Shown here: one piece after another, positions 25,997-38,900 of the stretch | Layout of the letters: each line of letters opens with the position of its first letter | Numbering within the stretch: position 1 is the first letter of the stretch | Origin: Adineta vaga | Lineage: Eukaryota; Animalia; Rotifera | Assembly: GCA_021613535.1 (NCBI GenBank) | Contig: CP075493.1 | Span: forward strand, 11,532,001-11,596,000 | Direction: 5' to 3' | Length of the DNA: 64,000 nt | The notes under the pieces: model-generated | Databases searched by the model: none | What the model was told of the DNA's origin: nothing | Seen by the model: the letters and a program-made list of their open reading frames with translations, nothing else | Program-made: the position numbers and the translations under genes

Positions 25997-26662
25997 TTAT
26001 GCTCCAATCTCGAAATCTTCTTTTGCTTGACCAATTTCTCGAATTTTTTCTTTAACAGGTTTTGAAAGATTACAATATTCCATCCATAATTTGTGTAATG
26101 ATCGATTTTGCTCAAGTATGTCACGAATGAAATCAAAACAAGAATCTGTCATTAATTTATTCAAACGAAGATCAAGCCACTGAAGATGTTGATTGTGATG
26201 AATGAGTACATCCGCTAAGAATTTTATTCCTTGATCACTTATTTGATTATAAAATAACCAAAGACGAGATATTGTTGTATTTGTTTTGAGCATTTCTGCT
26301 ATATGTTGAACGCCCACATCGGAAATTTGATTTTGACCTAAACCAATACTTCGAAGAGTTGAATTGTTGGTTGACAGTGCCGCAGCCAAAAAACCAACAC
26401 CTGTATCAGACACTTGATTATTCTAAAGATTTAACTCTTCTAATCTTGTATTATTATATAATGCTTTAGCAAGAATTGCAACACCTTCTGAAGTAATCCG
26501 ATTATCATTTAATAAGAGTGCTGTACATTGTTTTTCAATGATTGCCTGTTGAGTTACAATGTGCATATCTTGATCTGTGAGTTGTCGAAAAGACAAATCG
26601 ATTTTGGAATATAGCTCGTATTTTTTTATTTCACTCTCTAGTTGCGAATTATCACACGTCAT
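25997..26662 (-). pseudogene. Ribonuclease-inhibitor/NLRC3-like LRR protein with an in-frame TAG
   Basis: 28-aa LRRs (LxLxxNQISDxGxxxLAxxL); ORFs 26423..26662 and 25997..26413 are in one frame separated by TAG in LNL*NNQVSD. Confidence 0.85.
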
Positions 26663-27448
26663 GGTAGAAGTGTTGTTTTAGTTGAATCTAAAATGCACGT
26701 AAAGATAAAACTATTACTTATATATTATACTACCATTGCGAAGGTTTTATAAACTCTAAATGATATACTTACGTTTTTGTTTATCGAAAGCTTCAAAGAA
26801 AAGGATTAAATGCAAAAAAAAGAAAAACAACACTCTTGAAGTTTTTCACCGTATCACACAAATACGAATACCTTTATGTATTTAAACACTCATGATTCAT
26901 GCGTCTATTTATTCTGTCATCATACAGCTCCTTGATTTCAATTGAAAAATAATGAAACATACTAAGTACGAATTTGGTCTATTTTCTTTACAAATAATCT
27001 TTTCGTTTCACAGAAAAAAACTTGCTTTTTTATAGTTTCATCATTGATTGAAATATATAAGCGTTCTTCCAAAGTTCATCAGACATAGAACATGTCCTTC
27101 GATATTTTTAAACTCAATTGCTTGCTCTTTATTTTAATGGTATAGATAGGAAGAAAAGTACATGATTTATAAAACAATATTATGACAAACAAAGAGCATT
27201 TTGAAATAGGATTTCAATATATCATGTTTGCTAAATAAAGGCTTGATGGGAGCACTTCTGATATCGAATGCAATAGTTTGTGCATTACTGAAAAGCTTGA
27301 GAACATTTCTGTAGCACTCAGTATCTGAGAACTTCAAGAAAAACATTATTTTATAAGTATTTCTCCATTAAACTAAAAAATAAACATCGATTTTTCCGTC
27401 TAAGTTATTGAGAGTTATGCAGATCGATTCATTAAATGCAAAACTATC

Positions 27449-28686
27449 ATGAAATATAGCAGCATTATTTTCCTTTTCTTTCATGTTCGAGTCATATTTA
27501 CGAATATGATATCTTACACCGACTTATATACTCAAAGTGTCGATTTTATTCCAGTTAATGCAGTTGAATTTCTTAACACATATTCATCGGTTACCTCTAC
27601 TTTCAAATGTGCTCTGTTATGCCATCAAAATCCTCGATGTCGCACATTCGTCCATGATGTATCCATCTGTCAACTCTATCAAGGCTCTTCTGCTACTGGT
27701 TCCATTGTTGCTTCAACTTCGACTAGTCGTGTGGTTGGTGAAATCGACTTTAGTAAAATAAATGTCGCATCGACTTACAATCAATCATGTGATCATTGTT
27801 ATCCTGATCGATATCTTGTATGCAGAAATAACACTTGTCAATGTCCAACAGGCACCTTTTATGATAATCAAGGTGGTTGTCTGAATCAACTGTATGTCGA
27901 TTCAACAATGGCGTGTCAGGATGATACTTGGTGTAATCAAGCTTTGAATCTGACTTGTCAATGTGGAAAATGTCAATGTCCAACTGGAACTATGTGGAAG
28001 AATAAAACATGTATACCACAATATCTGAGTGGAGTCTCGTGTAACACAAGTGATCAATGTCGCAATGATCTTAATCTTGTTTGTTCACGAAAAAATAAGA
28101 CATGTATACGTAAGTGTATCATTTAGTTTCTCATTACTCTCTCCGTCATCAGATATTAGAAGACATTCATTTCATTTTCAATACGTTTCCTACAGATCGA
28201 TTTAGTTCGTGTTTTCTTATTTATTTAGCCATGACTCTGGTGAGAATGCCTGTTATGACTGGAACTCTTCCTGCTAAGTTTTCCTATGTGGATATGTCAT
28301 TTAATACTTCGGGCGTAGAATGGTGGCGTGCTTTTGATAACGATATTTATACTTATTGGAATAGGCTTGGCAGTTATAATGTATTAGATTACATATTTAT
28401 TACTTTTAATGATACATACCTGTTAAATTCTATACAATTAACAGTATATGGTGATGGAGATCATGATCCACAAACACTTGCTATGTATATGGATGAGAAT
28501 GGAACATGTTTGGCTCAATCATTTTGGTTTCCACGAAGTAACAGTAGCTTTTATACTTATCCGCTATATTATTTCAACACAAGTTACAAACCATTAGCAA
28601 CAAATCACCTGTTAATGTCTATCGAACGATGGTCTACATTTCAAGCCTGGTTTTTAGAATTGACATTCTTTGGTGGTTTATATTGA
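27449..28686 (+). CDS. Secreted PAN/apple-like + EB/EGF-like Cys-rich + discoidin/galactose-binding-like protein, intact copy B
   Basis: Signal peptide; CALLCHQNPRCRTF; repeated C..CQCPTGT modules; intron 28110-28228; C-terminal WRAFDNDIYTYW domain. Confidence 0.85.
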
Positions 28687-28873
28687 ATGATTTTACAAAT
28701 CTTTTAGATGCTATTTGAACTACAAAAATCAATCCTTATAATTCGTTTTTCACACCCGAGCTCCATGTATCCCAATGATCATATTTCATAGCATAATAAA
28801 TTTGAGAATTCTATTCTTTTGAATGAAGATAAAATCATCTCTTATGTTTAGTTGAAATTATCATCAATCTGAA
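27449..28873. repeat. Right arm of the inverted duplication
   Basis: Reverse-complement match to 1-1397. Confidence 0.95.
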
Positions 28874-29299
28874 ATGAGATATGTTTATCACGTAAAATAA
28901 TATAATTGGAGATAAGATGTAGATTTGTATAATATAAAAATTGTTTAGAATAATAGATTTTGTATATACTATGACTCGATGAAAAATGATCATTATCGAA
29001 ATGTGTCATTTAACTATGTGAATTTCATGATCGAAATTTGAATCACCAATAGCAGTGTTAGTTACTATTTCAAATCGGAAAAAGCAAAGGAAAGATATGA
29101 TAACAGTCGATTATTATGATGGCAATAATATGAATAGTTTTATAATAAGTGTTTATATTGCATTGTCATTACAATATATTTTTTGCTTGTTCTGCTTAAG
29201 TATATATACATGATGACAAGGCAAAAAAGAAATATCATCGTATCAACACACGTGTATAGTATTTTCATTCTCTTTTCTTTCATCGTCGAGTTTATATTC

Positions 29300-29917
29300 A
29301 TGTCTACATACAAACTTTATTATTTTAATGGTCGTGGTCGTGCTGAAGTATCACGTCTAATTTTTGCAGCTGCTGGTCAACAATATGAAGATATTCGTTA
29401 TGAACGTGATGAATGGCCATCACATAAGTCTGAAATGCCATTAGGTCAAATTCCTGTTCTCGAATACGATGATACTCAATTACCACAATCGTTTTCTATT
29501 GCTCGTTTTCTTGCCAAACAATTTAATTTCGCTGGTAAAGATAACTTTGAACAAGCGAAAGTTGATGCTGTTGTTGACACAATGATTGATGCGGTGGCAA
29601 AATTTGTACCGACACGTATGGAACCTGATGAAACCAAAAAAGACGAACTTACGAAGAAATTTTTCGCTGAAGAATTACCAAAACAACTTGACAATCTTAA
29701 CGTTTTAGGTAAATTATATGGAAATGGTGGAGCATACTTTGTTGGTAATGGATTAACATGGGCGGATTTATTATTTCACGTTGTGGCTGAAATCTTTCTT
29801 GAAGCAGATGGAAACTGTTTAAATAATCATGCATGGTTACAACAAAATAAGACAGAAGTCGAAAAACAACCACGTATTGCTGAATATCTCAAAAATCGAC
29901 CAAAAACAGCATATTAA
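29300..29917 (+). CDS. Glutathione S-transferase, sigma class
   Basis: [50 protein letters not shown]. Confidence 0.95.
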   Translation: MSTYKLYYFNGRGRAEVSRLIFAAAGQQYEDIRYERDEWPSHKSEMPLGQIPVLEYDDTQLPQSFSIARFLAKQFNFAGKDNFEQAKVDAVVDTMIDAVAKFVPTRMEPDETKKDELTKKFFAEELPKQLDNLNVLGKLYGNGGAYFVGNGLTWADLLFHVVAEIFLEADGNCLNNHAWLQQNKTEVEKQPRIAEYLKNRPKTAY

Positions 29918-30949
29918 AATCAAGAAAAAACTGAAAAACATTATATTCTTCTACTAATTTTTTTATAATCTCTCTTTAGAAAACAGTTTTAATGAACTCT
30001 TAATAAGGTACTTATACTTTCCTGTTTTGGTTTTCGTTCTCTAAGGACATTCAAGCGCATAAATGTACGATGATGATAGAGAACTTAAGCTTTGATATAT
30101 ATTTTTTTTCCTCTTTCTTAATCCAAATAACATTTCAACTATCGTATTTTGAAAGTGATGATTGCGCTGAAATATGTATAGTATTTCAATCATTTTTTAC
30201 ATCTAAAATCTAAGTGAGTTACAAAGAAAACAATAAACTTTTATAAAACTAGTGTAGAAAAATGAAGTAGAAAAGCTTTGATCAATAAATAAATAACATA
30301 TATGTACAAGAATAGATTGTTGGAAAAACAGATGGTTTTCTCTACTTATGTCATTAAGTTGATGTACTATATTATTATATAACACAATTTTTTTCTAAAT
30401 ATTCAATGAGAGATGAATTATGTGTAATCTAATGACATCTTTCATTCTTTTCTGTGGTTCTTAATAATGAAGGAAAGAAGAAAAGAAAAAAAACATTTTT
30501 TTTTCTCGTTCTCCTCTAACAGTTCAAGGTAAACATACGGTGTGAAACGAGCGGACACGTGTTATGCATAAATAGTAACGCAAAAAGTAAGTGTATCTTC
30601 ATTTCTTCTTTTCGTAAGTGTAAATATATTGAAAAAGTCATAGTCGCTATAATTATCAGTCACATGTGTTTACCACAACTTGATATTCTCCGTATCTACC
30701 AAACGATTATTTCATCATTTATTGAGACAGAGCTTTGATGAAAAATGAAACAAAACACCATAGAAACGCTGAAAAGCATTTAAAATGACGATAAGTTGAG
30801 TAGTATATACAAATAACACTAGCACACTGGTAAAAGAAGTTTTTTTCCATAATCGATGCTTTGTATATTTATTGATCAAATATCATACTTTTTTGTTTAT
30901 TCTCTAGAGTATTAAAAATAACATCAAGATCAAATAACGATATAACTGG

Positions 30950-31936
30950 ATGAGTTCTATCTTTCGTTTATTATTCTGTACAGTATTTTGTTACATTGTG
31001 ATTGATGCTCGAACAATTATACATAGTCATGATCATCCATCGAATGTTAAACATTTCGAACCTGAATTAGATACAAATGTCGGTTATTGGTCACCAAGTA
31101 CAAGTTCTATCGATTGGTGTGAACGAAATTATGTTGTTAGTGATTATATTGCTGAATTTTGGAATTGTATTTCAAGTTTTTCAATGTGTATCTTAGGTGG
31201 AATCTTATTCATTCGAGGCTTATACAATCAAGTTGAACGTCGGTTTTTATTATCAAGTTTAGGTTTGGCATTTGTAGGAGCTGGTTCTGCTTACTTTCAT
31301 GGAACATTGACACATTTGGGTCAAATGGCAGATGAACTTCCAATGGTCTATTCGATGATTGTATGGTGGTTTGTCTTATTTCGAATGAATGATTGTAAAC
31401 AAATGAAAAATATCATCTTTGCTATTGATTTATCAGTTTTATTTGGATTATTTTATGGATTGTTATGGAGTTATGTACACAGTTTACAAACATTTGTATT
31501 GATATTTCAAGGACATATGAGTTTAATGGTTATTGGTGGTATAATTAAATTGATTTATTTATATCAACAACCTCATCATCATGTCTATAAACTAAAATAT
31601 TTGTTGATCATATATATTGGATTATTAGTTTCAGCTTTTGTATGTTGGACTTTAGATCAACACTTATGTGAAGAATTGAATAAGAGAAGTCGATTGAATC
31701 CACAATTACATGCATGGTGGCATGTACTTGGTGCTTTTCATTGTCATTTGGGAATAGTATGCAGTGAAGCGATGCGTCTTCTAACAATCAAATACAAACA
31801 ATATCAAGATGAAAATCATTCATCATCTAAACAATCATTTAAAGCAGAAGATCATGTACATCTTGTATACTACTTAGGATTACCATATGTTGATTATTCG
31901 AAAGACACACAAACTATTGAAACAAAAGATCAGTAG
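30950..31936 (+). CDS. Alkaline ceramidase (ACER3/YPC1-like, CREST superfamily)
   Basis: IDWCERNY, AEFWN, GSAYFHGTL, DELPM, QLHAWWH zinc-binding motifs; multi-TM. Confidence 0.92.
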   Translation: MSSIFRLLFCTVFCYIVIDARTIIHSHDHPSNVKHFEPELDTNVGYWSPSTSSIDWCERNYVVSDYIAEFWNCISSFSMCILGGILFIRGLYNQVERRFLLSSLGLAFVGAGSAYFHGTLTHLGQMADELPMVYSMIVWWFVLFRMNDCKQMKNIIFAIDLSVLFGLFYGLLWSYVHSLQTFVLIFQGHMSLMVIGGIIKLIYLYQQPHHHVYKLKYLLIIYIGLLVSAFVCWTLDQHLCEELNKRSRLNPQLHAWWHVLGAFHCHLGIVCSEAMRLLTIKYKQYQDENHSSSKQSFKAEDHVHLVYYLGLPYVDYSKDTQTIETKDQ

Positions 31937-32933
31937 ATTTGTTGATGTATTTTGATTTTGTTAAATATATTAAAATAAAAACTGATTAGAATTATGAAGC
32001 GTCCAGGAAATATAAATTGAAGAATATTTATTGCAAAGAAGGTATGGATCGAGAATAGAGTATTATATACTTCAATGAATCGATCTACATTAATCTATTA
32101 GCATATTTATTAAGTTCTTGCAATAGTAAATCAACTAATTCGATTCTTTTGTTTTAATGAAAATTTTATAATAATAATAAAAAGAACTCAATTCACATTA
32201 CAATTTTTTCCAACTATATTTACGTATAGATGTTTTCATTTAACTCTCGAGGGATGAATATTTCTGTAAATAATTCAATTGACGTCAATGATGCTGGAAG
32301 AGATTTTATCCATAAATATATTTTCCCTGATTTACTTGTCTTAAAAAGAATTTCATATTTGTTCGTTTCCGATTAGAAGAAAAGCAAATTCTATTCTTGT
32401 TTGCTTTTTTCATTATTTATTTTCCGGTAAATTTTTGAAATGTACAAAGAAAACATTTGCAAAATAGTTCTTTAATATCAATAAATATTTCTTTCTGAAT
32501 TAAATTGAATTTTAATGAAAGGATAGATCAATATTCATTAGATCTTTTGAAAAAAGAGAAGTCAGTCTTCATCTGAATACTGAATGTGGAGAATTCAACT
32601 TTTCAGAAGGAAAGAAAGATGATTTATATTATTGAGACATTTTTGAAAATTATACTTAGAACAAATAGTGAAAGAGAGAATTTATTGTCCGGAATTTCTC
32701 TATGCTTTAATTAATAAGTTTTAGAAATATGTATGCCTGGATGACGTCGGTTGAGTTTACTTAAGAAAATGTACGTAAGCAAAAAGGAGAAGTAGAGATA
32801 TACATGAAAGAACGAAATATTAGTTTCAGATCATTTCTTCATTTTTTTTCTACAAATAAGTAGAGTGGTGAAGAAAATTCTCATATAACAATCGTTAACA
32901 CAAAAATTATATGAAAGCAAGTTCTATCAATTG

Positions 32934-35900
32934 ATGGCAAGGATATCAATCGATGGATTGCTTTTATGGTTGCTTTTATTGACATTTGGACAAGCGGCAA
33001 GTAAGTAATCAATCACAGGTGAAAATTCTTGAATTGTATACATTCTCAATGTAGCTATTATCACGTATGAGTGAATATAAACGCATAGTTTTGCCTTCAC
33101 AATTCGTTAAATCATAAGTTACTGAGTACAGAAATAATCATAGAGATATGTGTAGAACTAATGCGGTCTCGACTTGACTCTAGCCTAGTGTTCAGGATGA
33201 AAATCCTGGTTCAGATCGCGGAATTCATTGCATGTAAACCATTGCGGTTAGTTTAATCAATTGACTACAAACTGAATCTGAACTCGACTGCTAGAGTACG
33301 ATGAAAAATAACGTATCTCCACATCTTATTCACTTATCTGAAATAAGAAGAATGTCTGCTTCATTTAGATGTTTCATACAATCAACCAAAACTAGATCCG
33401 TATGCGACTTGGAATCCAAATGCAATTATCTTTGCTAATGCAAGTACAGTCGGGTCATCTCCTCATGGACTTTTTATCAGTTCTAACAACTCAATCTATG
33501 TTGTTGATCAAGCAAATAATCGAACTCATATTTGGTTAAACGATGCTGTAAATCCAACAACAACAATATATGGCAGTATAAGCCAATGGCATCTTTGTTA
33601 CAATCAGTGGTGACATTTATATTAGTGACTATAATGCAAATTATCTAGTTAATAAATGGTCATTATATACAAATGATAGTACAACGGTTATGTCGATTAC
33701 ACAGGCTGCCTCAGTTAATACCTCATGCTATGGTATCTTTGTTGATATCAATGGTACTTTATATTGCTCACTTTTTAAAAAGCATATAATCGTTAAAAGA
33801 CGGTTAGGTGATAATGTATCAGCAGCAGTGGTTATTGCTGGAAATGGTTCTGCTGGTTCTGCTTCGAATCAACTTAATGGTTCTGAAGGAATCTTCGTTA
33901 CTGTCAACTTTGATTTGTATGTGGCTGATTATTTTAATAATCGAATCCAACGTTTTCGACTAGGACAAGAAAATGGAACAACCGAAGCAGGAACTTCATC
34001 ATTAACTCCGACAATTACACTCTATAATCCTAATGCAGTTATATTGGATGTTGATAACTATTTATTCATAACAGATGCTACCAATAATCGTATTGTTGGT
34101 CAAGGACAAAACGGCTTTCGATGTATAGTGGGATGTTCTGGTGTAGGTGGTTCAGCATCGAACCAATTGAAGTACCCATGGAATATTGCTTTTGATAGTC
34201 ACGGCAATCTATATGCTAATGAATGGAATGGTGGTCGTGTTTTGAAATATACTTTGTTAAACAATAGCGCCTGTAAGTGTTATCAGAAGATATCGATAAA
34301 TGGAAAATATATACACTGATGTCTAGAAAGCTACGAATTTATTTAGAATAGTAGATTATATGAGAAAATTATTCCATTCAGTAAGGACACATAGGATGAA
34401 TTTTAAGACCAACATAAAAATCAGATATGCGTAAAAACAATTTTATATTTTACCAAATATACTGATTTTATTTTGAATCGTTTGTTACTTTTGATTTTTC
34501 TTTTAGTTAAGTCGTATAATCAACCAAATTTGTCTTCAAATGCAAGTTGGACTATAAATGCCACGACTTTTTCTAATTCAAGTATAGTTGGGATAAATGC
34601 TTCAAGCATTTTCATTGATACAAACAACTCAATTTATGTCGCGAATAAGCAAAACGGTGAAATTTATATCTGGTCGAATACCAGTTTCAATCCAACACAG
34701 ACAATAACGAGCAACTTGAGTAATCCGATGTCTATATTTGTCGCACACAATGGTGATATTTATGTTGATAATGGTGATTCGACTAAACAAATTGTTAAAT
34801 GGACAGCAAGCACAAACGTCATTACCGCCATCATGTCTGTTAATTCGTCATGCAATAGCCTCTTTATCGATACTAGTGATACTTTATACTGTTCGTTGCA
34901 CAATGAACATAGAATTACTAAAAAATGGTTAGGTGACAATACATTAATATCGACAACTATAGCTGGAAACTTTTCTAAAGGATCTGCTGCGAATATGCTT
35001 TCGACTCCATGCGGAATCTTTGTTTCGATTAACTTTGATCTATATGTGGCTGATTATGGAAATAATCGAATTCAACTCTTTCGATTGGGACAATCAAACG
35101 GGATCACAGTTGCAGGAAACACATCAGTAAATGTTACTATTGGACTGTCGGGTCCTACTGGTGTTGTTTTAGATGCCAATAATTATTTATTTATTGTGGA
35201 TCGAGACAGTCATCAAATAATTAGACAAGAAACCAATGGTTTTCGATGTTTAATTGGATGCTCTGGTAGTGGTCTATCGGCGAATCAATTGTTTTATCCA
35301 TCTCGTATGACTTTTGATAGTAATGGAAATATATATGTAGCTGATAGTGGAAATAATCGCATTCAAAAATTTTGTTTATCAAACAACTCATGTGGTAAGT
35401 TATAGAATATATTATGTGCAAAAGTATTGACTGTTGAGAATGAGCGGATATGGATAAAGTATAAAGGTCACATTCACATGAACCTTTTTTGTTTTCTCGA
35501 TTAGCATAAAAAAATTAAAATGAACTTTTCCGAATATATTGATCTGTTCAAAACCGTTATTCGTGTGACCCAAAAAATGATATGTCTCTTCCTAGACGCA
35601 ATAACTGCACTTGTTCTTGTAGCAACCACACCAGGTTGTTGACTCAAATTATAAACGAATGTTACAGATTTTTTTTTTCACTTTTCTGTAGAACAAATCA
35701 CACTGACAACAACAGTAACAACAACAGCAACAACCACAGTATCAACAACAGTATCAACAACAGCATCAGCAACAACAGAAACAACAACAGAAACAACAAC
35801 AACAACGACAACAACAACGACAACAGTAACGATGGAAACAAGCTCTTCGATCATAGATAGTACGACAATGTCGGCAACTTCAATAGAAATAACAAGTACA

Positions 35901-38900
35901 CAATTAATAACAAATACATCAGTGATAATAAGTACAACCACAGCGAAAACTTCTACACATCCAACATCAAATCAAAGTAATTATTTAAATTCTATAGAAA
36001 TGAATGAATCGATGAAATAATTTATTTAAGATTGTTATGCACCAAATGTCACACTTGTTCCTGGTACTTCAACATTAGGATCACCAATACAAATTCGACG
36101 AAGTCAGGATGTTTCGATTGTTTCAATTGTTAAATTTAATTGTAATCAATCATTTTCGATGACAACACAATGGACAGTTAAAAGTTGCACAATTTTGTCA
36201 TGTTCGAAGTTAATTAAGTTAGATTCAAAAATTAATACGAAATTAAGCGAGTTATACATTCCAGCAAAGACACTTTCATATGGAATCTATGAATTAAATT
36301 TAACAGTTACAATTTCTGGTTTTTCAATACCATCATCTGTCTATATTGAAATCATATCCTCGGATATTGTTGTTAATGTTTTTTCCTTAGGAACTCCCAT
36401 GATTACAAGTGGATATCAACAAGATCTTTTACTCAATCCAGGAGCATTTTCTACTAACTTAGATAGAACTAAATTCAATGCTAATGTAAGTTATTTTACA
36501 TTTATTAAACCATTCTTTTATGTGTATCGTTTTGAAACAGGAATGGAGTTATAAATATTATTGTCGAATCTACGGTTTATACATGTTTCCACAATATCAA
36601 AATTCATCATTAACAATTGATGATATGAGAAATGATTTATTAAATCCATCATGTTTATCGAATCGTACAGGATGGAAATTTGATAATTCAATCAATTCAT
36701 CATTTCGAATTTTTTCCGGTTCTCTCCAACCTAATCGAATGTATCAATTTATGGTTTCTATGACCAATCGTCAAAATCCATTAAAACAAGTAACTGGTTC
36801 TGCTCTTGTCAAAGTTGAATATACTCATTCACCAATGGTTGCGATCGGGTAAAGATTTCTTCTCTTTCATATGATTTCTAACTTCCTATTCATCTATTTA
36901 GTTGTGTAATCTCAACAATGTGTGTTTCTAATTTGGAATATCAATTGGTTAATCCAACAACACAAGTTGCTTTGTATTCATTTTGTGTTGAAAATTGTTC
37001 AATGATTCAGAATATTCAATGGACGATTTATTATGGAATAAGAAATTCATCATCAAATGTAACACAATGGAATTTATTTAATCAAACGAATTCCTATGCG
37101 AATATTTGGTTTTTCGGTACAAATACAACAAATTTTACAGCAACAGATCAATTGTTTTTAACGTATTCTCAATGGACATTTTGGCGATTTGAAGTTGTCT
37201 ATACATTTACAATGGGAACAAGTGCAAGTTCTTTAGATTTTCTTATTAATCAATCACCTCAAAATGGATCATGTTCAGTCAATCCACTCAATGGTACAAC
37301 AAGTACATTGTTTGATCTAACGTGTTCAAATTGGTTTGATACTGATGGAATTAAAGATTATTCTCTTTACAGTAAGTTCATTATTCAATTATTCGATAAA
37401 AATATTTCTTTTTCCAATTAGTTTGGACAACAGATCAATCGAAACGAATGATCGTAGCTTATTCAGCACTATCAACATTTCAAATTCGGTTTCCATCTGG
37501 TGATGAACCAACTTATGAAGTTCATTTAGTAGTCAATGTTCGTGATCAATTCGATTGTTTAACAGAATATCAATTCACAACATCCATTCATGTTCAACCA
37601 GATATGAATGCAATGAATCATTTCATTAATGATATTCAAAATTCTTCAAATGAAATCATCAACAACCCATTTGTTCAATTACTTGGAAGTGAAAATCAAA
37701 ATATCGTTGGACAAGTAATTCAGTTATTTTCAAATGAGTTTAATAAATTAAACGAACAAAATATTGATCAAGCTATTTCAAGTAAATCATTCATGTTAAC
37801 TAACATACGAATATTTCTCTGTTATTTAGATGGTATTCCATTGACAAGTATTTCCGTTTCATCATTAGGAAGTACATATTCATCACGAGTAATTCATCAC
37901 TATTTTGTTTATTTCATTCATTGATCTACCAATTTTGTAGATTTCAACACCATTGAATATCTCTGCATTGACGGAATACAACAAAGAATTAAATTCTCAT
38001 GCACAAGTTCGAGAATATCTGATCAAATTCATTCCAAATCTAGCAATAACTACATCAAATAGTATTATATTACAAGCACAAACAATGGTACAATTAACCA
38101 AAGCAACCAATCAATTAACACGAAATACTTTAGTAAGATTAATTTTCGTTTGAAACATCTTTCATTTGAACTTGTTCAATAGACAATTGCAATAGATCGA
38201 TGTTATCAATTGACGAAAGCATTGTATTCTATGTCAACACAAATTTCATATGAAGATACTCAAACAGCTGCAACTCAATTACTTCAATGTGCCACAAATC
38301 TTTTAACGGTAAGCAAAAACTATTTTTTTTAATGATAAATATGACATGCTGTTCATTTCAAGGCTGTTAATGGTCCATTACAAGAAAGAATGCATGTATT
38401 GGATGTTGATTTCTCTCGGGCAACATCATTTCCTCGAGATTATGATGCTGATTTAGAATTACCATGGTCAAACTTGAGTAAGATTATATAGTCTTCTCTT
38501 CTTATGGAGTTTGAAAAACTTTTCTTGTTGTAAAGATTTATTTGCGGATGGCAATGATTTTTCCTGGTCAACAATAGAAAAAAATCGAAATATTTATTAT
38601 CAAAAACAATTAGCTAATGAAATTATATCGAAAACAAATGAAATGACTTCATTAATCACATCAGCATTGAATATTAATTTAAATGTTGAACAAAATTTTC
38701 TTGTCAATACATCTCAAACATTCATGTTATTAGAGCGAAAATCTTTTCAATCATTATCTAATAAGCAAATCAAACAAATTGGAAATGCACAAATCAATCT
38801 TCCATCAGCAATTCAAACAAATCAAAACCATAATCAAACGGTTTTAATTCAAGTAGAAGTCATATTGCCCTATCATACATTGTTTTTGTTTTCTTTTTCT

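Noticed and set aside
1-28873. Giant transposon or whole-segment palindrome with 1.4-kb TIRs
   Set aside because: The arms are a host-type intron-containing gene, the interior is not self-complementary, and no transposase or integrase is visible.
35582-35941. Asn-rich (35582..35860 +) and Val-rich (35678..35941 -) ORFs
   Set aside because: Alternative-frame and antisense shadows of the (ACA)n Thr-rich exon.
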